Shown here piece by piece: positions 1 through 11,701 of a stretch of 64,000 nt of DNA (position 1 is the stretch's first letter; every line of letters begins with the position of its first letter). The notes below the pieces were generated by a model. The model was not told the DNA's origin. It saw only the letters and a program-made list of their open reading frames with translations, and ran no database searches. The translations under genes and the position numbers were made by a program. The stretch covers positions 128,001 through 192,000 of the forward strand of contig OY729426.1 in assembly GCA_963422365.1 (NCBI GenBank), written 5' to 3'. This DNA is from Nitrospirales bacterium. GTDB lineage: Bacteria > Nitrospirota > Nitrospiria > Nitrospirales > UBA8639.

Positions 1-348
1 AGGCCAGCCTCCATCCAGAACCTTGACGTTCTGATGTCCGAGATAGTGCAACATCCAAAACATCCTGCCTTCATCACCCCAATTATCAAAAGGATTGGAG
101 TACACCACGACGTCGCTCGAATTATTCACGCCCAAGGCTTGGATCCGCTTCTCTAACCGAGCGATATCAGGATCCAGCAACCCTTTGGCCGTCGCTTGAG
201 GATCACTATATTCATGCCAACTACTATGCACCGCCCCGGGAATGTGAGAGGTGTACGCGCCTTCGCCACGCACGTCAATAAGCACCAAATCATCCCTGCC
301 AAGATTGAGGGACAAGGTTTCAGTATCGATGAGGTACGTGCTCCACAT
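1..348 (-). CDS. Sulfurtransferase (rhodanese family), 3' part runs off the window
   Basis: Manual translation of the minus strand from ATG 348: MWSTYLIDTE...DLVLIDVRG...HIPGAVH...VVVYS...RMFWMLHYLGHQNVKVLDGGW, which are rhodanese motifs. Not in the ORF track. Confidence 0.85.
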   Translation of the reverse strand, partial: MWSTYLIDTETLSLNLGRDDLVLIDVRGEGAYTSHIPGAVHSSWHEYSDPQATAKGLLDPDIARLEKRIQALGVNNSSDVVVYSNPFDNWGDEGRMFWMLHYLGHQNVKVLDGGWP

Positions 349-384
349 AATTCAACCTGCCTAATTCAACCTGCCGTTAAAATA

Positions 385-1707
385 TTAATTAGTATGCTTT
401 TCGGGATGAACCCCGTTCTCCGGAGCGGAGCATCCTAAACGTGTATCGACCGGCGTTTCCGCATCCAACGCCAACTCCAATTTTTCGCCAAGAGGGAATT
501 GGCGCGTATAGATCGTATAGCGGTACGGGTCATCCGACCGCAACCCATAGGTCTCTCGCAACATGGCATGCTGGCCGTCGGTCAAAATATGATACCGAAC
601 CCGCGCTTCCAAAACCAAGTCTGATCGTGCGTCGGGGATTTGATAAGCAAACTGATAGTCGCGGCTTGCCAACGGCAGTAGGCGATTATCATACACTTCG
701 AGAATGACGGGTTGCCAGAGAATCCATCGGCCCATGGTGTCGGTTTGCTGCTCAATGATCTGACCTGATTGATCTTTGACGTAAAATTCCACGGTAAAAT
801 GGCGATCAGGGTCTCCCGTGGGGATTTTATGCCCGGCCCCGGCATTGATCAGGGTGAGTGTCATCGTGACGGTCTCTCCCTGTTTGGGGTTGGGGGGATC
901 GGCCTTGGCCTGAATCGCTACGGCCCGCTTGATCATTTCCGGATCATGCCCGCCACGCCATAAATGTTGCCGGCCCTGCCGAATGGGCCCTCCCTCGGCC
1001 ACCGGACGTGAAATTTCCGGCATGTGGCAATGCTGGCACGTAAATCCCTGCTCCTTCATAAAAAACTCGCCTTCATATTCCGCATACGTCCCACACGGCC
1101 CCACGTTATAAAATTGAAAGGGTCCGGAGACCACGTTGTGACAACGATAACAAACCTCCTTCGTGCGAAAGGTGGGATCGTATTTCGTCGGATGCGGAGC
1201 CGCCGAATCGTCAAACGGTCCCAAGATGACTCCATCACGGACGTGACAGGCCGCACACGTCACCCCTTCTCGTTGATAGGCTTCGTCGTACCGAGGGTTT
1301 GCGACTTGAACAGCCTTTTCAACCCGATTATCGGGGATCTTCTGAATGAGCGTGGGCTGCTGATTTTCTAACGGCGTGTGGCAGTTGAGGCATACCCAGA
1401 TCTGGTCATCCTTTTTCCAATATGCCTGGAAAAAAGGATCCTCATATGCATGCGCATGAATGCTGGTCTTCCATTCTTCATAAATCGCCTGATGGCATTG
1501 TCCGCAGGCTTCTGCCCTCAGAGAGTCCAGGCCTGCAGGGACCTTCTGCAACGGAATCGCATGGGCATAATCTTCACGCAATCCGAAAATAACGGTGGGC
1601 CGGATCTCCGTATAAAAATAGTAGAGCAAGGCCGGGACGACCAGCAGCAAGGTCAACACGACATAAAGCCCTTTTTCCCCTCGTCGTCTTTCTCGCCATC
1701 GTGTCAT
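385..1707 (-). CDS. Membrane-anchored multiheme cytochrome c (5 CxxCH)
   Basis: N-terminal TM segment; CGQCH, CLNCH, CAACH, CYRCH, CQHCH. Confidence 0.85.
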   Translation of the reverse strand: MTRWRERRRGEKGLYVVLTLLLVVPALLYYFYTEIRPTVIFGLREDYAHAIPLQKVPAGLDSLRAEACGQCHQAIYEEWKTSIHAHAYEDPFFQAYWKKDDQIWVCLNCHTPLENQQPTLIQKIPDNRVEKAVQVANPRYDEAYQREGVTCAACHVRDGVILGPFDDSAAPHPTKYDPTFRTKEVCYRCHNVVSGPFQFYNVGPCGTYAEYEGEFFMKEQGFTCQHCHMPEISRPVAEGGPIRQGRQHLWRGGHDPEMIKRAVAIQAKADPPNPKQGETVTMTLTLINAGAGHKIPTGDPDRHFTVEFYVKDQSGQIIEQQTDTMGRWILWQPVILEVYDNRLLPLASRDYQFAYQIPDARSDLVLEARVRYHILTDGQHAMLRETYGLRSDDPYRYTIYTRQFPLGEKLELALDAETPVDTRLGCSAPENGVHPEKHTN

Positions 1708-1710
1708 CGT

Positions 1711-2655
1711 TTACGTGTCCATCAAAGCCAAAAGATGTTGTTCGACCGAAGCAGCCAGTGCCCGAAGGTCGTAGCCCCCTTCCAGGCAGGCCACAATGCG
1801 ACCCTGACAATGGGTCTGAGCAATGGATGCCACGATGCGAGTAAGCTCGCCATAGCCTTCATTCGTGATCGCCATACTCGCGAGGGGATCATCCCTGTGC
1901 GCATCGAATCCAGCCGAAATCAGCACAAACTCAGGCTGAAACGCCGCCGCCGCCGGAACTAACACGTTGTGAAAAATTTCACGATACTCATCCGTCCCCT
2001 GCCCCCCATACAAGGGCACATTGATTGTCGCACCTTCTCCCTTGCCTCTGCCACGTTCCTCGTCCGATCCGGTACCGGGATAATAGGGATATTGGTGCGT
2101 GCTGAAAAAGAGAATGGAGGGATCATCTTCAAACGCGTGTTGCGTGCCGTTGCCGTGATGCACGTCCCAGTCCACAATCAGCACGCGCATAAGGCCATAA
2201 CGCTCTTGAATATACCGCGCCGCAATCGCCACGTTATTATACAGGCAAAACCCCATGGCGCGATTGGCCTCGGCATGGTGCCCAGGCGGACGAACCGCAC
2301 AGAAGACCTGATCGACTTGGGTCGCCATGACGGCATCGACTGCCGCCAGGACCCCGCCAACGGCGAGAGACGCAGCAGGCAACGAACCGGGTGACAGGGA
2401 GGTGTCCGCATCGAGTGAGGCATAGCCTGTGCTGGGCGCCCTCTCTTCCAGCCGCTGCACGTAGGCTGGATCATGCACGCGCGTAATCCACTCCTTTTCA
2501 GCGTTTCGTGGTTCGATCAGGGTCAACTTCGACATCGTCCCTGTTGATTCAAGTTGAGCGACAATGGCCCGCAGCCGCTCCGGTGACTCAGGATGGTGCC
2601 GACCCATATCATGTTCCAAATACGCTGGATGCGTTACCATTCCCACACGGCCCAT
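1711..2655 (-). CDS. Histone deacetylase / acetylpolyamine amidohydrolase family protein
   Basis: HPESPERL, RPPGHHA, GFCLYNN, DWDVHHGNGTQ, SAGFDAH, LEGGY motifs; start placed at MGRVGMV. Confidence 0.9.
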   Translation of the reverse strand: MGRVGMVTHPAYLEHDMGRHHPESPERLRAIVAQLESTGTMSKLTLIEPRNAEKEWITRVHDPAYVQRLEERAPSTGYASLDADTSLSPGSLPAASLAVGGVLAAVDAVMATQVDQVFCAVRPPGHHAEANRAMGFCLYNNVAIAARYIQERYGLMRVLIVDWDVHHGNGTQHAFEDDPSILFFSTHQYPYYPGTGSDEERGRGKGEGATINVPLYGGQGTDEYREIFHNVLVPAAAAFQPEFVLISAGFDAHRDDPLASMAITNEGYGELTRIVASIAQTHCQGRIVACLEGGYDLRALAASVEQHLLALMDT

Positions 2656-2836
2656 CACACGATCCTTCTGTAGGCTTTTCTTGTAACTTTGACTTTCAGG
2701 AAACAGGGAAGGTGAGGGAAAATAAAGAAAAAATGGTAACACAGTGGATGAAGTTAGACAACACGAAGACCGCTCTGTTACAGTTCTTTACCAAAGAGAA
2801 CACGCAGAATGTTCACAACATTCGATAGGACACGTG

Positions 2837-3160
2837 ATGCCAGACCCCAAGATAGACAAATTCAAAAAAGTCTTACAAATGGATCCCAATGATGAAACCC
2901 TCTGGTTCGGGTTGGGAAAGGCCTACATGGGGGATGAAAATTGGGAAGAAGCCATTTCAGCCCTTGAGATCTGCCTCAAAGTGAAACCCACCTACTCCGC
3001 TGCCATGCTTGCCCTGGCGCAATCCTTCAAACACGCCAACCAACCGGATCAATGCCGCGCGGTCTGCGCGCAAGGTATCGAAGTCGCCACGGCCAACGGC
3101 GATTTACTCGTGATCAAACATCTGGAATCTCTGAAAGATTCGCTTTCATCAACAGCTTGA
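2837..3160 (+). CDS. Small TPR-repeat protein
   Basis: TPR-like helices (DPNDETLWFGLGKAY, PTYSAAMLALAQ). Confidence 0.75.
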   Translation: MPDPKIDKFKKVLQMDPNDETLWFGLGKAYMGDENWEEAISALEICLKVKPTYSAAMLALAQSFKHANQPDQCRAVCAQGIEVATANGDLLVIKHLESLKDSLSSTA

Positions 3161-3211
3161 GAAACAAAAGGGCCTGGGCGAAACCCTGACCCGTTGCATT
3201 GATAACGTGCG

Positions 3212-3744
3212 CTAAAGCACGGCACGAGCCGACGTTTTCATGGCATACACTGCCGTGGGATTTATGATTACACTGCGGATCTGTGAAAATCCTCTAGAGT
3301 CCGAAACCCATTCGCTCACATGGACATTGGTCAAACGAATGTTGGACCTTGACTCCGCGGGCTGGATATCCCGCAAGGTCCGCAAGACTCCACTGACTGG
3401 GACCATGATGGGACCCGATTTCTTTGGACCGATCAGCTTCAATCGGCACAAGGATCGTGACTTCGACAAACAAACGGTCATACCCAAAGTCGCATGCCAA
3501 ATCCGCGGTTCTGGTTCCCGGAAGAAAGGGCTACCACCGGCTTCGATGAGTGACGCTTCGCCACGGCATTGTAGACCCCGCGAAACTTGAATGCCCCCAC
3601 GCGCTGAAAAGTTTCGCACTTCAGAAACACGATGGCGTGCGAATGGTCATCAAGCTGTCGAGAGGTCTGAATAGGCGTTTCATGGGCTACGCCACTTAAA
3701 CGAGCCGCCGCACGTGTCATGTCATAAAAAGTGGGAAGAGTCAT
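3212..3744 (-). pseudogene. Degraded PLP-dependent serine/threonine dehydratase
   Basis: TPIQTS...LKCETFQRVGAFKFRG...SSGN N-terminus, then loss of frame; locus too short for a full-length enzyme. Confidence 0.75.
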
Positions 3745-3832
3745 GATTGGCCATGGTTGGATAATCGGGAACCAATCAGGTTCCGCAACCCCTCACGAAC
3801 GAGTCGTCGCGCCGCGCCGCGTTGGATCGGGT

Positions 3833-4531
3833 TTACTTCGGCGGTTCAGTTCGTTTCCGGTCGGGAGTCAATTCCTCCAATCGAAACTGCTTGGGGAGGA
3901 GGACCGGGATGACTAGAGCGACGGGATCTCCGCGTTTCAGGGTCGTGGGTTTCTCTAATTGTAAGAGGACATTGGCCACAAACGCGTCGTAGTTCGGAAG
4001 GAAGGCATACAAATTGGGCGTGAGCTTGTATTCTTGTGACTTGATCCCTTCCCATACGGAAAACGTGCGTTTCGGGTAATGATAAAAATGGTTAGGAATA
4101 TCCTTCAGCATCATGCCGATTTGCTTGGGGTAATAAAATCGGATTCCACAACAGAGTTTGGCATAGCCGCTATTTAAAATCGTGTCCACGTACATCCCGG
4201 AAAACGATTTATACCCGAGCAGCCGCTCTTCGGGAAGGATTTCGGGTGCCTGCCACTTTAATCCATCTTTCGTTCGACGAATCTTGCAATCAACCGGACA
4301 CCGGACCAGCCACCCATACTGACCCGCCATGCGCACCGGCCCGCAATCATCCGGAAGCACTTTGTAGCCATCGGCGGCTAACGCCCGTTGCTCGTGCAAA
4401 GGCAGATTGGTCATCAGCGGCCGGTGGGGATGGAAATCGAGTTTCAAGCGTTCCGGCGCGATGGCGGTGGTGTACTCACGCTCCCAATAAATGGTCCACT
4501 GAACGGGGCTGCCGTCTGGCGTTTCGCCCAT
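3833..4531 (-). CDS. Hypothetical protein, DUF6065/dUTPase-like fold suspected
   Basis: 232-aa ORF; CGPVRMAGQYGWLVRCP and LKRGDPVALVIPV resemble DUF6065-type motifs. Confidence 0.5.
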   Translation of the reverse strand: MGETPDGSPVQWTIYWEREYTTAIAPERLKLDFHPHRPLMTNLPLHEQRALAADGYKVLPDDCGPVRMAGQYGWLVRCPVDCKIRRTKDGLKWQAPEILPEERLLGYKSFSGMYVDTILNSGYAKLCCGIRFYYPKQIGMMLKDIPNHFYHYPKRTFSVWEGIKSQEYKLTPNLYAFLPNYDAFVANVLLQLEKPTTLKRGDPVALVIPVLLPKQFRLEELTPDRKRTEPPK

Positions 4532-4566
4532 CTCATCGTCCTTTCAACAGTCCCGAATCAGACCGT

Positions 4567-5211
4567 CTACTTCATCGTTTCCATCTCGTTCGTTTCCTGA
4601 TTCGCCTGACCCCGCTTGACGGTCCAGGCCACCTCCGCAACTCGTTGACCAAGAGCACGCGCCTCGGCCAGCTCTTGCTCGTTGATTCCAGGGCTCTCGC
4701 CTTCCGTCGTGGCAGACGCCCCAAACGCGCCGCCGCCGCTCACCACAATCATGTGATTGCCCAACATGGCGGCCAGCATCGTCAGCATGGTGACTTCCTT
4801 GCCACCCGAAACCTGGCCACCGGTGGCAAACGCGGCACCGACTTTGTTCCGCATTTTGAATTCGGGCCAGACGGCAAACTTGAATTGCCAATTATCAAAA
4901 AATGTTTTGACTTCCCCTGCCATATTGGCCCAATACACGGGAGAGCCAACCACCAAAGCATCGGCGGAGAACAACATCTCCGACGTCACCTTCTCGACGC
5001 GTTCCACCTGCACGCGGGTCCTCGGGACTGACTGCACGCCTTCCGCCACCGCTCGCGCCATCGTTTCGGTATGACCCGAAACCGAATGATAGGCCACTAA
5101 CACCGTGACCGCTCGTTCAGCCTGTACCGGCTGACTCAAGATCACGAGGGCAAAACAACAGAGACCACTCGACCAGCCTGTCAGGTAGCGAACAAAGAGT
5201 CTATTCTGCAT
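4567..5211 (-). CDS. WrbA-like flavodoxin / NAD(P)H oxidoreductase with N-terminal signal peptide
   Basis: YHSVSGHTETMA FMN loop, GSPVYWANM, KVGAAFATGG; hydrophobic leader ending in VQA. Confidence 0.85.
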   Translation of the reverse strand: MQNRLFVRYLTGWSSGLCCFALVILSQPVQAERAVTVLVAYHSVSGHTETMARAVAEGVQSVPRTRVQVERVEKVTSEMLFSADALVVGSPVYWANMAGEVKTFFDNWQFKFAVWPEFKMRNKVGAAFATGGQVSGGKEVTMLTMLAAMLGNHMIVVSGGGAFGASATTEGESPGINEQELAEARALGQRVAEVAWTVKRGQANQETNEMETMK

Positions 5212-5380
5212 GGAGAGATTCGTGCCACAAGACCCTGGAAGGGAATGGCACCTGGAATGAATTGGGATGTTTCTCAGGGGATTCAACGACCCACCTGCGT
5301 AGCCCGTTCTTCTCTTTCCTGCACAAACAAGAAACCGTGCCCACACGGAGGCTGTGGGCAACGAGCGGCCGGTTTGATCG

Positions 5381-5566
5381 TTACATACGCTCGGTTTCTT
5401 CTTCCATGTGTTCTTCTACGGAAACATGGGTGAGGGTGCCACGATAGTCACACCGATGACATCGAACGCGCCACTCTTCAACCCATCGTTCTTGAACAAA
5501 CGTTTGGTTGCATTGGGGACAGACAAATACGCCTTTGACATAATGGACTTGTCGCTTATATTTCAT
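5381..5566 (-). CDS. Small zinc-ribbon protein
   Basis: CPQC...CHRC; SD AAGGAGG upstream. Confidence 0.65.
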   Translation of the reverse strand: MKYKRQVHYVKGVFVCPQCNQTFVQERWVEEWRVRCHRCDYRGTLTHVSVEEHMEEETERM

Positions 5567-5664
5567 CGTTTTCCTCCTTCAGAACCCCTGGTCGTACGAA
5601 GACATCCGGTGATTAAACCTGCCACAGGGGGGGGGGCTTTTGCAAACCCAGCAGGCGAGGAGGC

Positions 5665-6621
5665 TTACTCCTTGGGAGACGATTTCCCTTGAACCTTACG
5701 GCGCTGTTTTCTGGGGAATCGCTCGGTATGGACTTGCTTCAGCCGCTTGTGTTCCACGTGCGTATAAATTTGGGTTGTGGCAATGTTGACGTGCCCCAAC
5801 ATCATTTGCACGGCGCGCAAATCGGCGCCATGTTCAAGCAGATGCGTGGCAAACGAATGTCGCAACATGTGCGGGGAGATAGGCTTGTGAATGCCGGCTC
5901 GGAACGCCCGCATTCGGAGAATGTTCCAAAAGCTCTGACGAGTCATGGGAGCCCCCCGCCTGGTGACAAACAATGCTGACGCAGATCGACCTTTCAGCAA
6001 GGCCGGCCGCACGCCATGGCAATAGGCCGCGAGCTTCTGCCGCGCGATCTCTCCGATAGGAACCATCCGTTGTTTCTCACGTTTTCCAGTGGCTTGTACA
6101 TGCCCCACTTCCAAATTCACCGCTGATAGGTGAAGCGAGATCAATTCAGAGACCCGAAGACCGGCCGCATACATTAACTCCACCATGGCGGAATCCCGAA
6201 TGCCTTCAAGACCTTGCCCCATCGGCAATTCCAACAAAGCCGTCACCTCGGCTTCCGTTAACGTCTTGGGAAGTTTTATCCATTGCTTCGGGGCTCCCGG
6301 TAATTGCGACAGCACTTCCGGAGCCCCATGCTCTGCACTGAGGAATCGATAAAACCCTCGTATGGCCGCCAAGCACCGGGACACCGAGGCCGGAGATAAT
6401 TGTTGCGTGCGCAGATGATTCAGAAACCCGGTCAAATGAGGTGGGACGTCAAGAAGATTGTGCATGCCTTCCAACGCCAGATAGGCTTGCAGTTTTTCAA
6501 GATCCCGTCGATAGGCCTGGACGGTATTGTTGGCCACACCACCCTCGACTCTCAAATTGGTCAGATACTGATCGATCAGAGCTTCACTGCGCCACGGTTG
6601 TGGGATTTGCTCATCACCCAT
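5665..6621 (-). CDS. xerD: Site-specific tyrosine recombinase XerD
   Basis: [55 protein letters not shown]. Confidence 0.9.
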   Translation of the reverse strand: MGDEQIPQPWRSEALIDQYLTNLRVEGGVANNTVQAYRRDLEKLQAYLALEGMHNLLDVPPHLTGFLNHLRTQQLSPASVSRCLAAIRGFYRFLSAEHGAPEVLSQLPGAPKQWIKLPKTLTEAEVTALLELPMGQGLEGIRDSAMVELMYAAGLRVSELISLHLSAVNLEVGHVQATGKREKQRMVPIGEIARQKLAAYCHGVRPALLKGRSASALFVTRRGAPMTRQSFWNILRMRAFRAGIHKPISPHMLRHSFATHLLEHGADLRAVQMMLGHVNIATTQIYTHVEHKRLKQVHTERFPRKQRRKVQGKSSPKE

Positions 6622-6782
6622 ACGTGTCCCTCCTCTCATCCTGAAAAGGGGCTGATCGAGGGCGGCTCCTCTCGCCAATGCTCCGAGAAGGAAAAAGCTG
6701 TTGTGGAATATCTTGATGTTGTCGGATTTTCTTGACAGTCGTCGCCCCTGGCTTTATATACCACAATACGTAACAATGTCTC

Positions 6783-8747
6783 ATGATCATCGCGACATTT
6801 TCTTTTCCTTCCCCACGTATTTGGTTTCTCCTCATAAGCATGAGTGTCATTCTATGGCCGGGCACCCCCCTTGCACAGCTGTCATCCACTCCAATGGCCG
6901 AGGAGCAGGCTCTCGCGCACATACAGGCTCAACTCAAGCAACAACAAAGCAGGGAGGCGTTACACTTGATCGAATTTTTCCTCAATCAATCTCATCCGCC
7001 TGCCTTCATCGATCAATTCACCTTTTTGCATGCTGTCGCCCTCGAAGCTCAGGGTGAAGGCAACCACGCCATCACTCTCCTCGAACAATTCCTGGAAGAA
7101 TATCCGGCCTCTCGGCTGATCCACGATGCTCGATTAATGCTGGGCACCCTCTATACCGAATCGCGACAGCCCAACCGTGCCATTCCCATTCTGTCTCGGG
7201 CGCTGGACCTGACTTCGAACGACACGACACGCGTCGAGGCCCTCCATCGATTGTGCCTCGCGTACGAGTTAAACGGTGATTACCTTCTGGCGATTCAAAC
7301 CGCACTGACTCACGTTGAACAATTAGGGGAAAACGAACGACGAGATTTCCTGGACTACATTGAAAATCTCATTCTGCAAAAAATGAACGAACGGTCGCTC
7401 AGCGACGTCTTCGATGCATTTTCGACCGCGTATCCCGGTGATTTAGCATTGATTCGCCTCATTGAGCTCCACACGGCACACGGTGACGAAGTGTTGGCCG
7501 CACGAGAGATCCGGGCCTTTCTTCAACGATTTCCCGATCATCCCTATGCCCAAACCGCCAGTGCGCTTCTGCAAACCTTCATTGCCAAGATCAAAGCCCA
7601 TCGTCACGTGATTGCAGCGGTCTTTCCCTTTTCGGGACCAATGAAACCATTTGGGAACGAGGCGTTCAATGGTGCTCGGTTGGCCTTGGAAGAAGAAATG
7701 TTTTTAGGAGCCGACGCCGTTGGACTCGTGGTCAAAGATAGCGTCCTTCCGCCCGACCAATTTCGCCGCGAGTTTTCTCAACTGCTCGACGAATTCACTC
7801 CCATTGCTCTGATTGGACCATTATTAGCCCAAGAGGTCCAACTCTTGGGTGACACGCCTGATCTCGCAACCGTGCCCTTTCTGACACCAACCGCGACCCT
7901 GCGGAACGTCAAACAATTTGGACGGTATTGGTTCAGCACTGCCATGACGCCCTCTTTCCAAGTCGAACATCTTGTGGAATATACCATGCAGCATTTCGGG
8001 TATACCCGCTTTTGCAGCTTGACCCCACAAACGCCCCATGGCAAACACTTGAATCACATATTTCAAGAAACGGTCATGAAAAATGGGGGAGAGGTGGTGG
8101 CCGCAGCGTTGTATCAATCGGGAACGACCGATGCGTCGGCTCAAATGACTCGCATCAAACATAAGGATTTGAGCCTCTATGGAGAAATGTTACCCTTGGC
8201 CACTGAGGAGCCGGTCGCTCCGGAGAAAAATCCCGTCAAGGAAAAGCAAGGAGAAGAGGAACAAGCACGGTTAGTCTATACTCCTGGATTCGATGCCCTC
8301 TTTCTCCCCGGACATCCTACCGATGTGGCCTTTCTTGCCGCGCAACTCGCATTTTTTGATATAAACGTGCCCTTGTTAGGGACGAACAGTTGGAACCACC
8401 CCAATCTCCTCAAATGGGGGCGCAGTTCACTTGAGGGGGGGCTGTTTGGGGATGCCCTGTTCCTTCAGACCACCGATCCGAAAATTCGGCGTTTTATCAC
8501 AACCTATCGTGAACGGTTTCAGGCCGACCCTTCCATTTTTGCGGCACAGGCCTACGATGCCATGCGCGTGATCCTTGATACGGTCCGCCGTGGCGCCACC
8601 ACAGGGGCCGAAGTCCACGAACAACTCTTTGTCCGGCATGACATTCCAGCCTTGGGAGGATTGGGAAAATTTGATGAGGGTGGTATCCTCACCCGCAAAG
8701 TGTCTATGATTCAAATTCGTAACGGCCGATTCATCCAACTCAATTGA
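6783..8747 (+). CDS. TPR + periplasmic-binding-fold protein (LpoA / PBP-activator-like)
   Basis: Signal peptide, TPR helices, FPFSGP...GPLL...FDALFLPG...AAQAYDA type I periplasmic binding domain. Confidence 0.7.
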   Translation: MIIATFSFPSPRIWFLLISMSVILWPGTPLAQLSSTPMAEEQALAHIQAQLKQQQSREALHLIEFFLNQSHPPAFIDQFTFLHAVALEAQGEGNHAITLLEQFLEEYPASRLIHDARLMLGTLYTESRQPNRAIPILSRALDLTSNDTTRVEALHRLCLAYELNGDYLLAIQTALTHVEQLGENERRDFLDYIENLILQKMNERSLSDVFDAFSTAYPGDLALIRLIELHTAHGDEVLAAREIRAFLQRFPDHPYAQTASALLQTFIAKIKAHRHVIAAVFPFSGPMKPFGNEAFNGARLALEEEMFLGADAVGLVVKDSVLPPDQFRREFSQLLDEFTPIALIGPLLAQEVQLLGDTPDLATVPFLTPTATLRNVKQFGRYWFSTAMTPSFQVEHLVEYTMQHFGYTRFCSLTPQTPHGKHLNHIFQETVMKNGGEVVAAALYQSGTTDASAQMTRIKHKDLSLYGEMLPLATEEPVAPEKNPVKEKQGEEEQARLVYTPGFDALFLPGHPTDVAFLAAQLAFFDINVPLLGTNSWNHPNLLKWGRSSLEGGLFGDALFLQTTDPKIRRFITTYRERFQADPSIFAAQAYDAMRVILDTVRRGATTGAEVHEQLFVRHDIPALGGLGKFDEGGILTRKVSMIQIRNGRFIQLN

Positions 8748-8766
8748 GTGCCCTGTCTTCCGACTC

Positions 8767-9480
8767 ATGGTCCAATTTTTTCATACCTTGTCCTATGTGA
8801 TTCTTCCGCTTATGCTCGCCGTCGTCTTGCATGAATATGCTCACGGCTGGGTCGCCGATTATTACGGCGATGACACGGCTCGGAGACATGGCCGATTAAC
8901 ACTCAATCCGCTCGTCCACCTCGACCGTTTCGGCACCATTATCGTTCCCCTGCTCTGTTTGCTGTTGCCTGGAGGGTTCCTGTTTGGTTGGGCAAAACCC
9001 GTGCCCGTGACTCCGGGGCGGTTGCGCAACCCTCGACGCGATATGGCCCTTGTCGCGGCAGCCGGTCCGGCGATGAATTTCGCGTTGGCCATTCTCAGCG
9101 GCATCCTGTTGAATGTCCTGCTCACCATTGATCCGACGCTCCAGGATCATTGGCCTCCCCAAGCAGGCGTCGCACCAAGAACCGATCTGCTCGGGATGCT
9201 CCTGTTACCGTTGGTCGCCATGGCCTTGTTTTCGATTATCATCAACACCTTACTCTTCGCCTTTAATCTGCTTCCGATCCCTCCGCTCGATGGAGGCCGA
9301 ATTTTAATGAGTAGCTTGCCACTCAAACCGGGCCTCCTGCTCAGCCGGCTGGAACCCTATGGAATGCTGGTTATTCTCGGCTTGCTCTTTTTTGATTCAC
9401 GGATTCACGTGATCAGCGGCTTTATTGGGACCATCTTCCAATACATGACGGGTCATATTCTCTCGAGGTTTGCGTTGTAA
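8767..9480 (+). CDS. Site-2 protease (peptidase M50)
   Basis: HEYAH, AAAGPAMN, FNLLPIPPLDGG. Confidence 0.92.
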   Translation: MVQFFHTLSYVILPLMLAVVLHEYAHGWVADYYGDDTARRHGRLTLNPLVHLDRFGTIIVPLLCLLLPGGFLFGWAKPVPVTPGRLRNPRRDMALVAAAGPAMNFALAILSGILLNVLLTIDPTLQDHWPPQAGVAPRTDLLGMLLLPLVAMALFSIIINTLLFAFNLLPIPPLDGGRILMSSLPLKPGLLLSRLEPYGMLVILGLLFFDSRIHVISGFIGTIFQYMTGHILSRFAL

Positions 9481-9497
9481 ATGATTGTGAAGAAGTC

Positions 9498-10481
9498 GTG
9501 ATGCGCGTAGTCAGCGGCATGCAGCCCAGTGGACGCCTGCACCTGGGCAATTATTTGGGGGCCCTTACGAATTGGAAAACCCTTCAGGACGACCATACGT
9601 GTTTCTTCTTTGTGGCGGATTGGCATGCGCTGTCCACCAATTACGAAGATACCAGCCGCGTCACAACCTATGTCAGGGAATTGCTCATCGATTGGCTCGC
9701 GTCGGGGATTGACCCTGAGCGATCCACGGTCTTTCTCCAGTCCCAGGTGCCGGATCATGCCATCTTGAATGTACTCCTCTCGATGCTGACCCCTGTCTCG
9801 TGGTTGGAACGAAATCCGACGTATAAGGAAAAACAGGACCAACTCAAGGGACGTGACCTTTCCACGCATGGGTTTTTGGGGTATCCCGTTCTTCAAGCCG
9901 CAGACATCTTGCTCTACAAAGCCGATGCCGTGCCGGTCGGCAAAGACCAACTCCCCCACCTGGAACTGACCCGCGAAATCGCTCGACGGTTTAATCATCT
10001 CTATACCCCTGTACTGGTGGAACCTCAAGAATGGCTCACGGAGTTTCCTAAAGTCGTCGGAACCGACGGTCGCAAAATGAGCAAGAGTTACGGAAATACG
10101 ATTAATCTTTCAGACACCGAGCCCACGGTCCGGCAAACACTCAAGACCATGGTCACCGACCCGGCCCGGGTGAGGCGAAGCGACCCGGGAAACCCGGATA
10201 TCTGCCCGGTTTTTGAATTCCATAAGATGTATTCCAACTCCACGGTCATTGACCAGGTCAACAAAGAATGCCGCACGGCAAAAATCGGCTGCATTGATTG
10301 TAAGAAATTTGTGGCGGATGGCGTTGTGGGACAACTCTCCCCCATTTGGGAAGTTCGCAGCTCACTCGAAGCCAACCCCGCACGGCTCGATGAAGTAGCT
10401 CAGGCCGGACGCGAACGAGCTTCCACGGTCTCCCGCCAAACACTTGAAGAAGTCAAAGAAGCCATGAAGATTTCGCTCTGA
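9498..10481 (+). CDS. trpS: Tryptophanyl-tRNA synthetase
   Basis: SGMQPSG, HLGN, GKDQ, KMSKS. Confidence 0.97.
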   Translation: MMRVVSGMQPSGRLHLGNYLGALTNWKTLQDDHTCFFFVADWHALSTNYEDTSRVTTYVRELLIDWLASGIDPERSTVFLQSQVPDHAILNVLLSMLTPVSWLERNPTYKEKQDQLKGRDLSTHGFLGYPVLQAADILLYKADAVPVGKDQLPHLELTREIARRFNHLYTPVLVEPQEWLTEFPKVVGTDGRKMSKSYGNTINLSDTEPTVRQTLKTMVTDPARVRRSDPGNPDICPVFEFHKMYSNSTVIDQVNKECRTAKIGCIDCKKFVADGVVGQLSPIWEVRSSLEANPARLDEVAQAGRERASTVSRQTLEEVKEAMKISL

Positions 10482-10594
10482 CTCCTTTAGCAGAAGATTT
10501 TTCCAGTCGCCTTGCGCTCTCCAAAAGTTCTTCCTGAAGAGGAAGTTGACTTAGTCTACTCCCAAAAGTACTATTTCAGCTTCCCCTTTCCTGA

Positions 10595-11635
<1,041 letters not shown>

Positions 11636-11701
11636 GCGTTCAGGCTTCGCCCGCCTGCCCGGTTGACTGAATCCTCCCTGGTCTGGAGGAAAGAGTTATT
11701 C

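Noticed and set aside
5665..6621. Tyrosine recombinase as a phage or island integrase
   Set aside because: Motifs and size fit housekeeping XerD, with no att sites or cargo nearby.
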